Positions 19,203 through 28,083 of a stretch of 56,220 nt of DNA are shown here, in pieces. Position numbers and translations under genes: made by a program. The notes beneath the pieces are model-generated. The model was not told the origin of the DNA. It saw only the letters and a program-made list of their open reading frames with translations, and did not search any database. Each line of letters begins with the position of its first letter. Positions within the stretch are counted from its first letter, which is position 1. The stretch comes from a virus (taxonomy: Duplodnaviria > Caudoviricetes), in IMG/VR virus record IMGVR_UViG_3300048565_000110, positions 1-56,220 of that record; one strand, 5' to 3'.

Positions 19203-19697
19203 CTACGCCGCGTGCCGCATGTCCATGAACCTCACGGGCGTCTTGTCCGTGTCCATGAACACGCGGAACTCGACCGCGACCTCGATATCCGCGTCCTTCT
19301 TCCAGCCGGTCTCCATGTTCCCCTGCGCGAAGCACCGGTACGCCTCAACGTAGGTGTGCTTTCCCTCCGGGCCCGGGGCCTTGATGTAGATGACGTTCTC
19401 CTGGTCATCGGAGTCGGTCACATCCATGCTCGAGGAGACGATGGCCGTCTGCGCGATGTTCCACGCGTAGGCAAGGTTCGGCAGCGACCCCTGGGCCATG
19501 GTCGTCTTGATGAACATCTCGTTCATGATCGTCCGGCCGCGGATGTGCCCGCCGAGTTGGTCCACCTCGGAGAGGTGCGTCGAGAGCGACCGCGAGATCG
19601 AGACGCCGCCGCGGGTGAACCCCACGTCGGTCCCACCTGAGCCGCCCACCTTGAGCTCGTCAACAGCTCCTCCGTATACGAAATCCTGGTCGCCCAT
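19203..19697 (-). CDS. Major tail tube protein
   Basis: DVGFTRGGVSI...EVDQ, TTMAQGSLPNLAYAW and EVAVEF motifs typical of siphovirus tail tube; strong RBS. Confidence 0.82.
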   Translation of the reverse strand: MGDQDFVYGGAVDELKVGGSGGTDVGFTRGGVSISRSLSTHLSEVDQLGGHIRGRTIMNEMFIKTTMAQGSLPNLAYAWNIAQTAIVSSSMDVTDSDDQENVIYIKAPGPEGKHTYVEAYRCFAQGNMETGWKKDADIEVAVEFRVFMDTDKTPVRFMDMRHAA

Positions 19698-19720
19698 CCC
19701 TTCCTCCTACTCCACCGCCC

Positions 19721-20194
19721 TCATTCGACCTTCTGTACCCGCGCCACCATGGTCGTGACCTGGTAGCTTTCCTCCGGGCTCTTGGGATCCGTGAGCACGT
19801 CGCTCACCGATTGCACCCAGGAGTCCATGAACCTGTACGCCGTGTCCGTGAACACACCGTGCCCCGTGCACAGGTAGCCAGCCCGCGAGCTGATGCGTCC
19901 GTGCCGCCCGTCGTCAGCGGACACCCCGTCCGACGGGTTCTGAAGCACCGACCGCAACCGCAAGACCACCCGGCCCGATCCAACGTCATCGAGCACGATC
20001 GCCGCGCCGGGCAGAAACTCGATGTGCAGCCTCGGCGCGTTCTTGAGTTGCTCCGGCGCCTTGTCTCCCGGCACGATCCGCCCGGCCGCGGCGAGATACG
20101 TGGCCCCCTGCAGGGTCGAGTCGCCCTTGAGCACACGCCAGACCGCCGATCGAATGACCGCCATGTCAGGCACGCTGTCAGCAAGAGTCCCCAC
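19721..20194 (-). CDS. Tail terminator / completion protein
   Basis: Position before the tail tube; IRSAVWRVLKGDSTL...RI pattern. Confidence 0.65.
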   Translation of the reverse strand: MGTLADSVPDMAVIRSAVWRVLKGDSTLQGATYLAAAGRIVPGDKAPEQLKNAPRLHIEFLPGAAIVLDDVGSGRVVLRLRSVLQNPSDGVSADDGRHGRISSRAGYLCTGHGVFTDTAYRFMDSWVQSVSDVLTDPKSPEESYQVTTMVARVQKVE

Positions 20195-20202
20195 GGCTCA
20201 CC

Positions 20203-20700
20203 TCAGAGTTGGTCGATGGGCTTCTGGCGGGTTCCCGCCTCGGCCCCCGTACCCTTCATCGAGACCTTCGCGCCGAGCACCATCTTGATCGTCGCCCGAT
20301 TGCGCTCCAGCGGTCCCTGGAGCACGTCGTACCCGGGCTTGTTCTGGACGTAGACCCCGTACTTCATGCCAGCGAAGACCACCAGCATCGGGCCGTCCGT
20401 GTCGTTGACCACCTCGACGTTCTTCACGCCCTCGGTCTTCGTGTTATAGGGCACCGTCTGCGATTCGCCCGGGTTGAGAACGACCCAGGTGATGGACCGA
20501 CGCAGGTTGCCCGTCTCGTCGTCCCAGTCCCCAGGCTTACCGTCCTCCTTCCCTGCGTTGGCCAGCATCTCGCCGACGTAGGCCAGACGCGAAGGCATCA
20601 TCACCTCGCGCAGGAAGCCGCTGTAGCCGGCGAAGGACCCATTGACCCGCGCCGCCTGTGAAGCCAGGCTGATCGTTCCTGCCCCGCGCACGCCGACCAT
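20203..20700 (-). CDS. Neck / tail completion protein (HK97 gp10-like)
   Basis: DETGNLRRSI...AGMKYGVYV...GYDVL motif. Confidence 0.75.
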   Translation of the reverse strand: MVGVRGAGTISLASQAARVNGSFAGYSGFLREVMMPSRLAYVGEMLANAGKEDGKPGDWDDETGNLRRSITWVVLNPGESQTVPYNTKTEGVKNVEVVNDTDGPMLVVFAGMKYGVYVQNKPGYDVLQGPLERNRATIKMVLGAKVSMKGTGAEAGTRQKPIDQL

Positions 20701-21047
20701 CAGTCCTCGATCCTCCGCAGCTCGTACACCCTTGGGTACGCCGCGCCATAGTCGCGGATGAACTGCACCCGGTAGTCCACCCCCGCTGCGTCCACGAGCC
20801 GATCGCCCATGACCGGCTCCGTGTGACGCGTCTCCTCGTAGAACACGTGATCGGAGTCCGGCTCGAGTCCGGCCTCTGCCTGCTGCAGCGTTCCCTTCTT
20901 CGGCTGCAGGTTCCCGCGCACACCGGTGATCACGTTGCCCGGGGTGACCGTGAAAGCACCCGTGGTCGAGCTCTGCGAACTCGTCTCACGCGTGAACGAG
21001 ACCGTCTGGATGTCGGCCTCGTTGCAGCGGATCGTCGCCCTGCTCAC
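20700..21047 (-). CDS. Head closure (stopper) protein
   Basis: Size and position; GDRLVD..GVDYRV motif. Confidence 0.65.
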   Translation of the reverse strand: MSRATIRCNEADIQTVSFTRETSSQSSTTGAFTVTPGNVITGVRGNLQPKKGTLQQAEAGLEPDSDHVFYEETRHTEPVMGDRLVDAAGVDYRVQFIRDYGAAYPRVYELRRIED

Positions 21048-21760
21048 ACGCCCCTCCGTCGCGAGCCGGGCATGGAGCCGTCCCAGCCGTAGTGGCCCTG
21101 CGATCTACCAGCTCCGGTGAGCGAGTCGCGCCGGTCCACCCCCTGCAGGAGTGGGGCGCCGGATCCGTAGCCAACGAACGGTTTGGTCATCTCGTTCTTG
21201 AACCGCGTGCGGAACGCTTCTGCCAGGGCTAGTGCAGCCTTGCTTCCTCCAGCCGGATCCTCTTCGCGGTTCTCGATCTTCCACCGGCCGTCTCCGGCCG
21301 TCTGGAGCGCCTTGCCTTCCGCGTAGGCCGCCTTCACCAACAAGAGCGGCCACTGGACCTCGTCGTCGGCCACCGTCAGGGTGTCCACGACTGCCGTCGG
21401 CCGAGCGTGGTTCTGCGAGACGTAGACGGTGAGCGTCCGCCCATCCGGAATCGTCCCTGCTAGGAACAGGACCACCGCTCCGTTCGCCTCCTCCTGCTCG
21501 AAGGGCACGTCGTAGACTCCATCGGAGGCGGTGTCCGTGGTGTCGAACACCGCCTCGATGAAGCGCGTGCGAGCTACCGGTGAGGCGTAGCGTCTCGTGT
21601 TGTCCACCGCAGTGACCGTTCCCGACGTGTGGATCGGTCGGTGCTTGGAGTACTCCGAGATCGCGTCCGCCAGCCAGCCCAGCACCGTCGCATCCGGGGT
21701 GGCGGCGAGCGTCGCCCCGGTGTCGTTGCGGAAGAGCGTGATAGCGGCAGACGCGAGCAT
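21044..21760 (-). CDS. Head-tail adaptor protein
   Basis: Position two genes after the capsid; helical termini with a central beta insertion. Confidence 0.55.
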   Translation of the reverse strand: MLASAAITLFRNDTGATLAATPDATVLGWLADAISEYSKHRPIHTSGTVTAVDNTRRYASPVARTRFIEAVFDTTDTASDGVYDVPFEQEEANGAVVLFLAGTIPDGRTLTVYVSQNHARPTAVVDTLTVADDEVQWPLLLVKAAYAEGKALQTAGDGRWKIENREEDPAGGSKAALALAEAFRTRFKNEMTKPFVGYGSGAPLLQGVDRRDSLTGAGRSQGHYGWDGSMPGSRRRGV

Positions 21761-21763
21761 GGT

Positions 21764-22309
21764 CTACTCCTTCGCCTCCGCCGGCGGCGGCATGAAGAGG
21801 CCCGGGTTCTCCTGGATACCCTCGATGATCTTCCCGAGGCCTCGGAGCTTCAGTTCCGCGTCCGTGCCAGGGAAGAGCGTGATCCAGCCGGCGTTACCCA
21901 TCTCCAGGCTGCCGCGCACGCGCAGTCCCTCGATGATCTCGGCCAGGGGGACGATCTTCCCGTCGGAGAGTTCGATCTGGGCGCCCAGGAAGTCCTTCTC
22001 CGGGATCTCCCCGACCACCTTCACGAAGTTGAGCGGGTGCGACTCGCCCTCCACCGGATCCTTGATCTCGATCGCGCGAGCGGTAGGCGGGGGCTCGTCG
22101 ACCTTGAACTCCGTCTCGGAGAGAAAGACCTTGTAGCGGCCCTTCAGAGCGCCGCGCTGAAACTTGGCCAAGTGCTCCTCGTCGAACACGGGCACGATGG
22201 CCCCGCGAGGACACAGGAACGGCTTGTTGTTGAAGTCGTGCTGATTGACCGGCTGGTTCAGGTTCATGACCCAACCTACCGGCACCGCCCCCTTCTCTTT
22301 CATGTTCAT
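21764..22309 (-). CDS. Hypothetical protein following the major capsid gene
   Basis: Good RBS and codon pattern. Confidence 0.7.
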   Translation of the reverse strand: MNMKEKGAVPVGWVMNLNQPVNQHDFNNKPFLCPRGAIVPVFDEEHLAKFQRGALKGRYKVFLSETEFKVDEPPPTARAIEIKDPVEGESHPLNFVKVVGEIPEKDFLGAQIELSDGKIVPLAEIIEGLRVRGSLEMGNAGWITLFPGTDAELKLRGLGKIIEGIQENPGLFMPPPAEAKE

Positions 22310-22325
22310 TCCCTCTACGGGTACG

Positions 22326-22352
22326 CCGGGGAGCCTTCGCAGGCCCCCCGGC
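22326..22352 (-). terminator. Stem-loop after the capsid gene
   Basis: GCCGGGG-AGCCT / AGGCC-CCCCGGC inverted repeat. Confidence 0.45.
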
Positions 22353-22371
22353 AGTCCCGATGGTCAGCGGA

Positions 22372-25300
22372 CTAGGTCGTGATGGTCAGCTCGCCCCGGG
22401 TCTCGGGACGCACGAAGACGTTGGCCGCGCGGGTCCGCGCGACGTACGCCTGCGACTTCTGCCGGCTCGGGAACTCGAACGGGCCGTGCAGCTGGTACGG
22501 GATGTACACCGCGTGGAACACCGTGCCCGGGGTTCCCATGTGGATCCGGCCCGAGTTCTGGTACGGCGACATCAACGCGTTCATGCCGGCGATCCGGCCC
22601 CAGCTCGTGGAGTTCAGGAACGCCTCGAGACGCGGTCCCTGGTTGTTCCCGGCCTTCTCCCCGAACCACGTCCACTTGTGGTTGTCGGCGAGGGAGTGAA
22701 GCATCCACTCGGGCGCGACCTTGCCAGCCGACTGCACGGCCGCAGCGGACTGGTAGATGTAGTCGAGCAGCTCCGCTCTCCAGGTCGGCAGCGTGTAGCC
22801 GGACGGAGCGGACGACGCGTCGAACTCGAGCGTGTTGGTGCTCAGGAAGTTCGCCGAGTTGTTCAGGTCCGTGAGCCCCAGGATGTCGCCGAACTCGGCG
22901 AAGTCCTTGGCCATCTCGGCCAGCGTCATCCCGGCGGGATCCATGCGTCCGGGTCCGACCACGGCCATGGACTTGTTGGCGTCCTCGATAGCGCGCCACG
23001 AGACCTCGCACTCCAGGTCGTACTCGGTCACCGAGCCGGTGATGTAGTCGATGAACGACTGCGCCTTACCGCTCGTGGTGAGTTCGGCTCCGCCGTCGAG
23101 AGCGTCCCAGCCGAGGAAGGTCACGGCGCCAGCGGTCCACCCCGCGACGGTCGCCCCGGTGATATCGATGATGCGCTGGCCGGTCTTCGGGAAGATCTCG
23201 AAGATGTCCCCGATCGCCGATCCGGTCGGGACCACACGGGTGATGGACTGCGAGTCACCGTTCTCATCGAGGTAGGCGATGGTGAACGTGGCCTCAGTCA
23301 CCGTGGCCGTGGTGATCTTGATGAACGCCCGGTGCGCCACCGCCATCGGCCCCTCATCCGAGCTGGTCGTGAACGACCCGCTGTAGGCAAGGGTGCCGAA
23401 GACGTGCTCGCCGGTGCGCTTGTAGTTCTTGAACGCGATCTTGTAGTTGTCCGACTGGACCGGCCAGATGGTGGCCAGGCTCAGGAAGGTGCTCACGGCC
23501 CAGTAGAGTTCCAGCACGCCCTGACGGATGTAGGGGTGCAGGGTCTGCAGGGTCGCCGCCGACGTCATCTCGCCAGCCTCGAGCTTCACACGCCTGTCGA
23601 TGGCGTGGGTGAGCTTGCGGTAACTCTCCTCCGACTTCAGCATCGCGTCGGTGAAGGACGGGCGTCCGTTACGGTGCTCGATGAAGGGCTCCGTCTCGTA
23701 CACCTGCGACGCCTTCGCGATCGTTGCCCGCAGCCCGGGCCGGTGGAGATCCAGGACGTGGATCTTCGATCCGGACTCGAGGTTCGGGTGCTGGACGTAG
23801 ATCTGCCTGTTGCCGAGCGCCTTGGACACGAGAACGTCGGTGATCCGCGGTCCGAGCCGCGACCCGTCCACGTTCTTCTGGCCGGTGCGCAGCCCCACCA
23901 TCTCGCAGTCTTCCTCGAGCGTCAGAGCCGAGATGTCCAGGGTGTTCAGGTTGGGAGCGCCACCGCGCCACGCATCCCCCTCGGTCTTCAGGCCGACCGA
24001 AGGATCGGGTTCGGCGATCAGGCCTTCGGGGACACCCGCGTTCTTGAGCGCGGACCGGCCGATCTCGATGGCCATGTCCTTGTGCGTCTTCACCGCGGCC
24101 TCGAACTTCGCCTCGACGGCGCTCAGCACGAGGTTGCGGAAGCGCGAGGTCTCGGGCCCGAGGCCCTCCTCGGCCTTGAGCACGCGCTCGGCCTCGGTCT
24201 CGACGATGGAGCGGAAGCCGTCGATGACGTTCTTGCGGACGCCGTCGGTGAGGATCTTCTCGCTCTCCAGCTTCGGCTTCAGGGCATCGAGAACGCCCGT
24301 GACCGCCGACTCCACGGCCATTCTGCGGTTGTCCGCAATGGCCCTCTGACCCTTCTGATACTCGGCGTACCCAGCCGGGTCGTTCTTCTCCAGCTCCTTC
24401 AGCCAGTCCATGGTTCCTCCACTTCCGCCCGTCTTCCCTGATTCCAGCTTGACCGCCGCCATTGACGGCCTCTGGTATGGACTCGCCGGCTTCCCGCAGA
24501 AGTCCGCTCCATACGGACCCTCCACAAGCATCCGGTTCACGTAGTCGACGCCATCCGGCCCGACCTCACCTTCCAACTTGAACCCGCGTTGCGAGATGCC
24601 TCCCAAGAACGTGCTCTCGGTGAGCAGCGAGACGAGGTCCATCCCCGCTTGAGTGGTCAACGTCTCGAACGTCACGCCGATCACGTCACCCTTCGCGAGC
24701 TGATCGATCGGCTTGTCGCCTTCGACGTAGACCCCTGTGAACCGGGCCGCGATCTCCCGGTACTTGTTGGTGCCTTCCGACACCGCGACCTCGTGGCCGA
24801 TCAACATCGCGCCGAATGGCCAGGGGCCACCGGAGCCAGCCCAGGAGTCCGTTCCGCCAGCCTGGGCTTCGAGCATCGTCTCGAGGTCGTGGTAGATCCT
24901 CTTGCAGCACTCCACCGAGTAGTTGTTGTCGTGCTCAGTGGTGGCACCGGCAATGAGGAGCGGGGCGCGCCCGCGGACACGCCGGCGACCGGCGCCGTCG
25001 AGCTTCGCCTCGAGCTTCACGGGGCGAGACCAGAAGCCGATCCCATCCTCGCCCTCGACCTTGATCTCGACGATCTGGGGAACGCGTGCGGCCGCCTCCT
25101 CGAGGACCAGGTCGATCGAGGACCACTTCTCGGCTTCGAGCTTGAGGGCCGCAGCGGGTGGCACCGGAGAGTCCGAGGACTCCTTCACGACGCTGACAGG
25201 GGCCACAACAGCCGCGGCAGCAGGGACCCCGGCCGCTTCAGCCGGGGCGAGAAGCTCGATGGTCTTCTTGACGCGCGCCGGCTGCGGATTGGAGAACGCG

Positions 25301-25530
25301 ATCTCCCAGGTGTTGTCCTTCTCTTCGGCGGCGTAGTCGATGGTGTAAGTTACGTTTCCGTGCTTCCACCAGGAGACCAGCACCTGCGCATCCAGAACGT
25401 CCTCGACGTACGGATACGCGTCTTCACCGCAGAGGTTCTCTTCGACCCACTTGCGCGCAGCCGTTCGGATCGCATCGACTCGCTGGCCGATCGATCCCTC
25501 GATCCCCTCCAGCTTCTTGTTTCCTTTCAC
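22372..25530 (-). CDS. Prohead protease-scaffold-major capsid polyprotein
   Basis: N..YS, IGH and GGISQRG resemble T4 gp21-type protease motifs; helical middle region; C-terminal ~400 aa capsid-like with a gp23-like VYIPYQL..P...RTRA ending; no internal stop. Confidence 0.8.
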   Translation of the reverse strand: MKGNKKLEGIEGSIGQRVDAIRTAARKWVEENLCGEDAYPYVEDVLDAQVLVSWWKHGNVTYTIDYAAEEKDNTWEIAFSNPQPARVKKTIELLAPAEAAGVPAAAAVVAPVSVVKESSDSPVPPAAALKLEAEKWSSIDLVLEEAAARVPQIVEIKVEGEDGIGFWSRPVKLEAKLDGAGRRRVRGRAPLLIAGATTEHDNNYSVECCKRIYHDLETMLEAQAGGTDSWAGSGGPWPFGAMLIGHEVAVSEGTNKYREIAARFTGVYVEGDKPIDQLAKGDVIGVTFETLTTQAGMDLVSLLTESTFLGGISQRGFKLEGEVGPDGVDYVNRMLVEGPYGADFCGKPASPYQRPSMAAVKLESGKTGGSGGTMDWLKELEKNDPAGYAEYQKGQRAIADNRRMAVESAVTGVLDALKPKLESEKILTDGVRKNVIDGFRSIVETEAERVLKAEEGLGPETSRFRNLVLSAVEAKFEAAVKTHKDMAIEIGRSALKNAGVPEGLIAEPDPSVGLKTEGDAWRGGAPNLNTLDISALTLEEDCEMVGLRTGQKNVDGSRLGPRITDVLVSKALGNRQIYVQHPNLESGSKIHVLDLHRPGLRATIAKASQVYETEPFIEHRNGRPSFTDAMLKSEESYRKLTHAIDRRVKLEAGEMTSAATLQTLHPYIRQGVLELYWAVSTFLSLATIWPVQSDNYKIAFKNYKRTGEHVFGTLAYSGSFTTSSDEGPMAVAHRAFIKITTATVTEATFTIAYLDENGDSQSITRVVPTGSAIGDIFEIFPKTGQRIIDITGATVAGWTAGAVTFLGWDALDGGAELTTSGKAQSFIDYITGSVTEYDLECEVSWRAIEDANKSMAVVGPGRMDPAGMTLAEMAKDFAEFGDILGLTDLNNSANFLSTNTLEFDASSAPSGYTLPTWRAELLDYIYQSAAAVQSAGKVAPEWMLHSLADNHKWTWFGEKAGNNQGPRLEAFLNSTSWGRIAGMNALMSPYQNSGRIHMGTPGTVFHAVYIPYQLHGPFEFPSRQKSQAYVARTRAANVFVRPETRGELTITT

Positions 25531-25575
25531 CCCTCATCTTCCCTTCCCTTCCCCGAGGAAACGACCGTGCCGAAG

Positions 25576-26103
25576 CTACTTCAGCGGCCAGACGACGTCG
25601 TAGACGATGGCCGTGGTGTCCGTCAGATCCTTGGACTTCGGAGTGACCTCCAGGTATGCGCAGAACTTGTTGATCCAGTAGTTCTTCGTCGGAGTCGCCA
25701 CCTGCAGTCCAACCGCCGCGGAACTCGTGTCGATCAGGGTGTAGTAGTTGACCCCGTCCATCGAGCCGCGAATCTTGAACCGCACCGAGTCGACCGCCCC
25801 GTCGTAGTGGATCTGGAACGGGAGCACGTCGTAGGCGTTGATGAGCACCCCGGTCGTGCTGCACCCGAACGCCGGCACGAAGTCGGCCCCGAAGATCGGG
25901 AATGCCGCAGCCGTGCCGATCTTGTTCTTGGCGATCGCACTCGTGGTGACCGTGTACTTGCCGGACACGGTGGAGCTGCGGTCCTTGATGGTCGAGCTCT
26001 TCCCCGTATCCGCCATCGAAATCGTGTTCAGGAGCAGGAGCCCCAGCATCACCGTGATCAGGACTGCCAGCCCTCGCCATGCGCTCTTCGTCATCATCCT
26101 CAT
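25576..26103 (-). CDS. Signal-peptide-bearing beta-rich protein in the head module
   Basis: KSAWRGLAVLITVMLGLLLLNTISMA signal; FKIRGSMDGVNYY motif. Confidence 0.7.
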   Translation of the reverse strand: MRMMTKSAWRGLAVLITVMLGLLLLNTISMADTGKSSTIKDRSSTVSGKYTVTTSAIAKNKIGTAAAFPIFGADFVPAFGCSTTGVLINAYDVLPFQIHYDGAVDSVRFKIRGSMDGVNYYTLIDTSSAAVGLQVATPTKNYWINKFCAYLEVTPKSKDLTDTTAIVYDVVWPLK

Positions 26104-26115
26104 CCTCCACCGCCC

Positions 26116-26424
26116 CTAGTTCGCCGACGTCATCGCGAGGAGCGTCTGTCCCCGCGATCCGTACGTCCTTCGGCTTCCGTCCGCGCGCCGTGGCTCAGTG
26201 ACCCCAAGCCGCAGCATCACGTTGTTGGTCAGCACTCTCACCGGGCAGATCTGGCCCAGGTGCATGAGCGCGTCGCACCCTCGGTGCAGCAGCACCACCT
26301 GGGTCCCGAGCCGCCGGTCCTTGCCGTCCCGCACATGGAAGGTGTTGACCTCGACGACTCCCTCTTCCAGGCAGGCCGAGCAGACACCGATCATTCGAAC
26401 GTGAACCCCAAGCTCTTCAGCCAC
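26116..26424 (-). CDS. Hypothetical protein (CxxC...HxxC)
   Basis: Fills the operon gap; start uncertain. Confidence 0.5.
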   Translation of the reverse strand: MAEELGVHVRMIGVCSACLEEGVVEVNTFHVRDGKDRRLGTQVVLLHRGCDALMHLGQICPVRVLTNNVMLRLGVTEPRRADGSRRTYGSRGQTLLAMTSAN

Positions 26425-26651
26425 TCGCGCTCGTCTGTCTGCAAGCTGTTGAGTTGGCGTAGGAAGTGAGACGGCGTGACACCGAGTCGCTTCGCCACGT
26501 TCTTGCGCGTCGCACGCTTTCCCAGGCCGGATACGGTCCTCCCGACCAGCAGACAGAACTCAGAAGCGCTCGCGGGAGGCGGCGCCTTGCGCGTCTCCGG
26601 TGCGGCAGCTTCCGGTCTAGATCCAAGTGCCCGATCCTGTTCTTCGCTCAT
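26391..26651 (-). CDS. Small HTH protein
   Basis: TRKNVAKRLGVTPSHFLRQL helix-turn-helix pattern. Confidence 0.55.
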   Translation of the reverse strand: MSEEQDRALGSRPEAAAPETRKAPPPASASEFCLLVGRTVSGLGKRATRKNVAKRLGVTPSHFLRQLNSLQTDEREWLKSLGFTFE

Positions 26652-26688
26652 GTCCACCCCATCTATCGTTTGATGGCCCTGGTTTTGT

Positions 26689-28083
26689 TCAAGCCGCCCG
26701 AGCAGTTTTTTCGCCTTGGGCGGTGGCGAGCGTCGGAGCCCACTGCTCGAACACCCTCGCGAAGGTGCGCGCACCGGCCTCAGATCCGATGTTCGCCCGG
26801 AAGTCCGTGATCTTTCCTCTGTCCGCAAGTTGGCCGGCTAACCCCGCTTCCCACAACTTCATGCGGTGCACGAACTGCTCCGGAGAGATGAGCACGGAGG
26901 TCGTGTTGCACATGTCGTTGGCGTGCCCCAAGGGCACCGAGTCGGGGGGGTAGACGCCCGGGCCGAGGTTGTAGGGATCCTCTGAGGCCCACGAATCGCA
27001 CACGTCCCATTTTGGGTGACTTCCCGAGAGGTTCCACTTGATCCCTGATGCCACCTCGAACGGGAACATCGACTGAAGTCCGAGCACGTTGGCCTGGTGC
27101 GCCACCTTCTGCGCCCGGAACATCTCTGACCGCGCCAGCCGGAGATAGTTGTAGGAGACCGTGCCCTTCGCGGTGCGCAGACCCTTCGCCGCCCCCGACA
27201 CCGCGGTCTTCAGGCGTCGCGGCGCGGTGGCGTGAGACCAGATCGCGTCTTTGGCCCGCTTCGTGGGCACGAGCACCTGCTCCAACGCCTTGGAAATCGT
27301 TACCGCGTCATCGCCGGACAGGAGCCCGTTGCGGACCACGGCCATGACCTGGTTCTGCGCCAACTCGCTGTAGACCCAGATCTTGTCGGAGAGCGTGAAC
27401 GGCCCACCGAGCACGTTCGCATCGAGAACGGTCCACACCTTCTCTGAGAGGTAGGTGACCGGAATCGTGCTGGCCAGAGCTGTGCGGATGGCATCCGGCA
27501 GACCGCGACCCAGCTCACTGAGGAGCGCGTTCTCACGGAGCATGGTCATCTCGGCCGAGGTCACGGTGCTGCGCTGGAGGTATGCCTGCACGTCGCGGCG
27601 CAGGTCCGTCGTGAACTCGGCGAGCTCGTTCATGACCGCCCGCTCGGTGGCCCGATCCCAAGGTCCGTCCAGCACGCCGGAGGCAATCAGGCGTCCCACC
27701 ACCCGTTCGTGGTAGTCGGCCATGATCGCGATCAATTCCTTGTTGGCCTTGATGTTGAGGGCCAGGAACTTCGCCCGGAACTTCTCGATGATCCGGTCGA
27801 TCCTGGCATGCGGGTCACGCATGGCATCCAGCACCAGATCGTCCGCATAGAGGTCGACGTAGTCCGGCACCTCGACGGTCAGCTCGCGCAGAACGGCGCC
27901 GCCGGCTTCCGATTCGAGGACCAGAGCCAGGTCGGCAAGCGCCCCGGCCGAGTCGAGATGACGATGGGGCAGGCCGGCTGCAGCGCCTTCCTCCAGACGT
28001 AGAACGTGAGGACTGCATTCGCGCGTCGTCGTGTGTTCCTCGTCTCGCTGGAGGAAGGCTGCTACAGCGCTATCGCGTTGCAA
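26689..28083 (-). CDS. Minor head morphogenesis protein (Mu gpF / SPP1 gp7-like)
   Basis: RLARSEM..A, KWNLSGSHP..DVCD and GVYP..SVP..HANDMC motifs; follows the portal; TTG start with RBS (start uncertain). Confidence 0.8.
   Translation of the reverse strand: MQRDSAVAAFLQRDEEHTTTRECSPHVLRLEEGAAAGLPHRHLDSAGALADLALVLESEAGGAVLRELTVEVPDYVDLYADDLVLDAMRDPHARIDRIIEKFRAKFLALNIKANKELIAIMADYHERVVGRLIASGVLDGPWDRATERAVMNELAEFTTDLRRDVQAYLQRSTVTSAEMTMLRENALLSELGRGLPDAIRTALASTIPVTYLSEKVWTVLDANVLGGPFTLSDKIWVYSELAQNQVMAVVRNGLLSGDDAVTISKALEQVLVPTKRAKDAIWSHATAPRRLKTAVSGAAKGLRTAKGTVSYNYLRLARSEMFRAQKVAHQANVLGLQSMFPFEVASGIKWNLSGSHPKWDVCDSWASEDPYNLGPGVYPPDSVPLGHANDMCNTTSVLISPEQFVHRMKLWEAGLAGQLADRGKITDFRANIGSEAGARTFARVFEQWAPTLATAQGEKTARAA

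Noticed and set aside
22360-26469. Long plus-strand ORFs (693 aa and 626 aa) opposite the head genes
   Set aside because: Antisense shadows of high-GC coding sequence; no motifs, and the minus-strand genes are well supported
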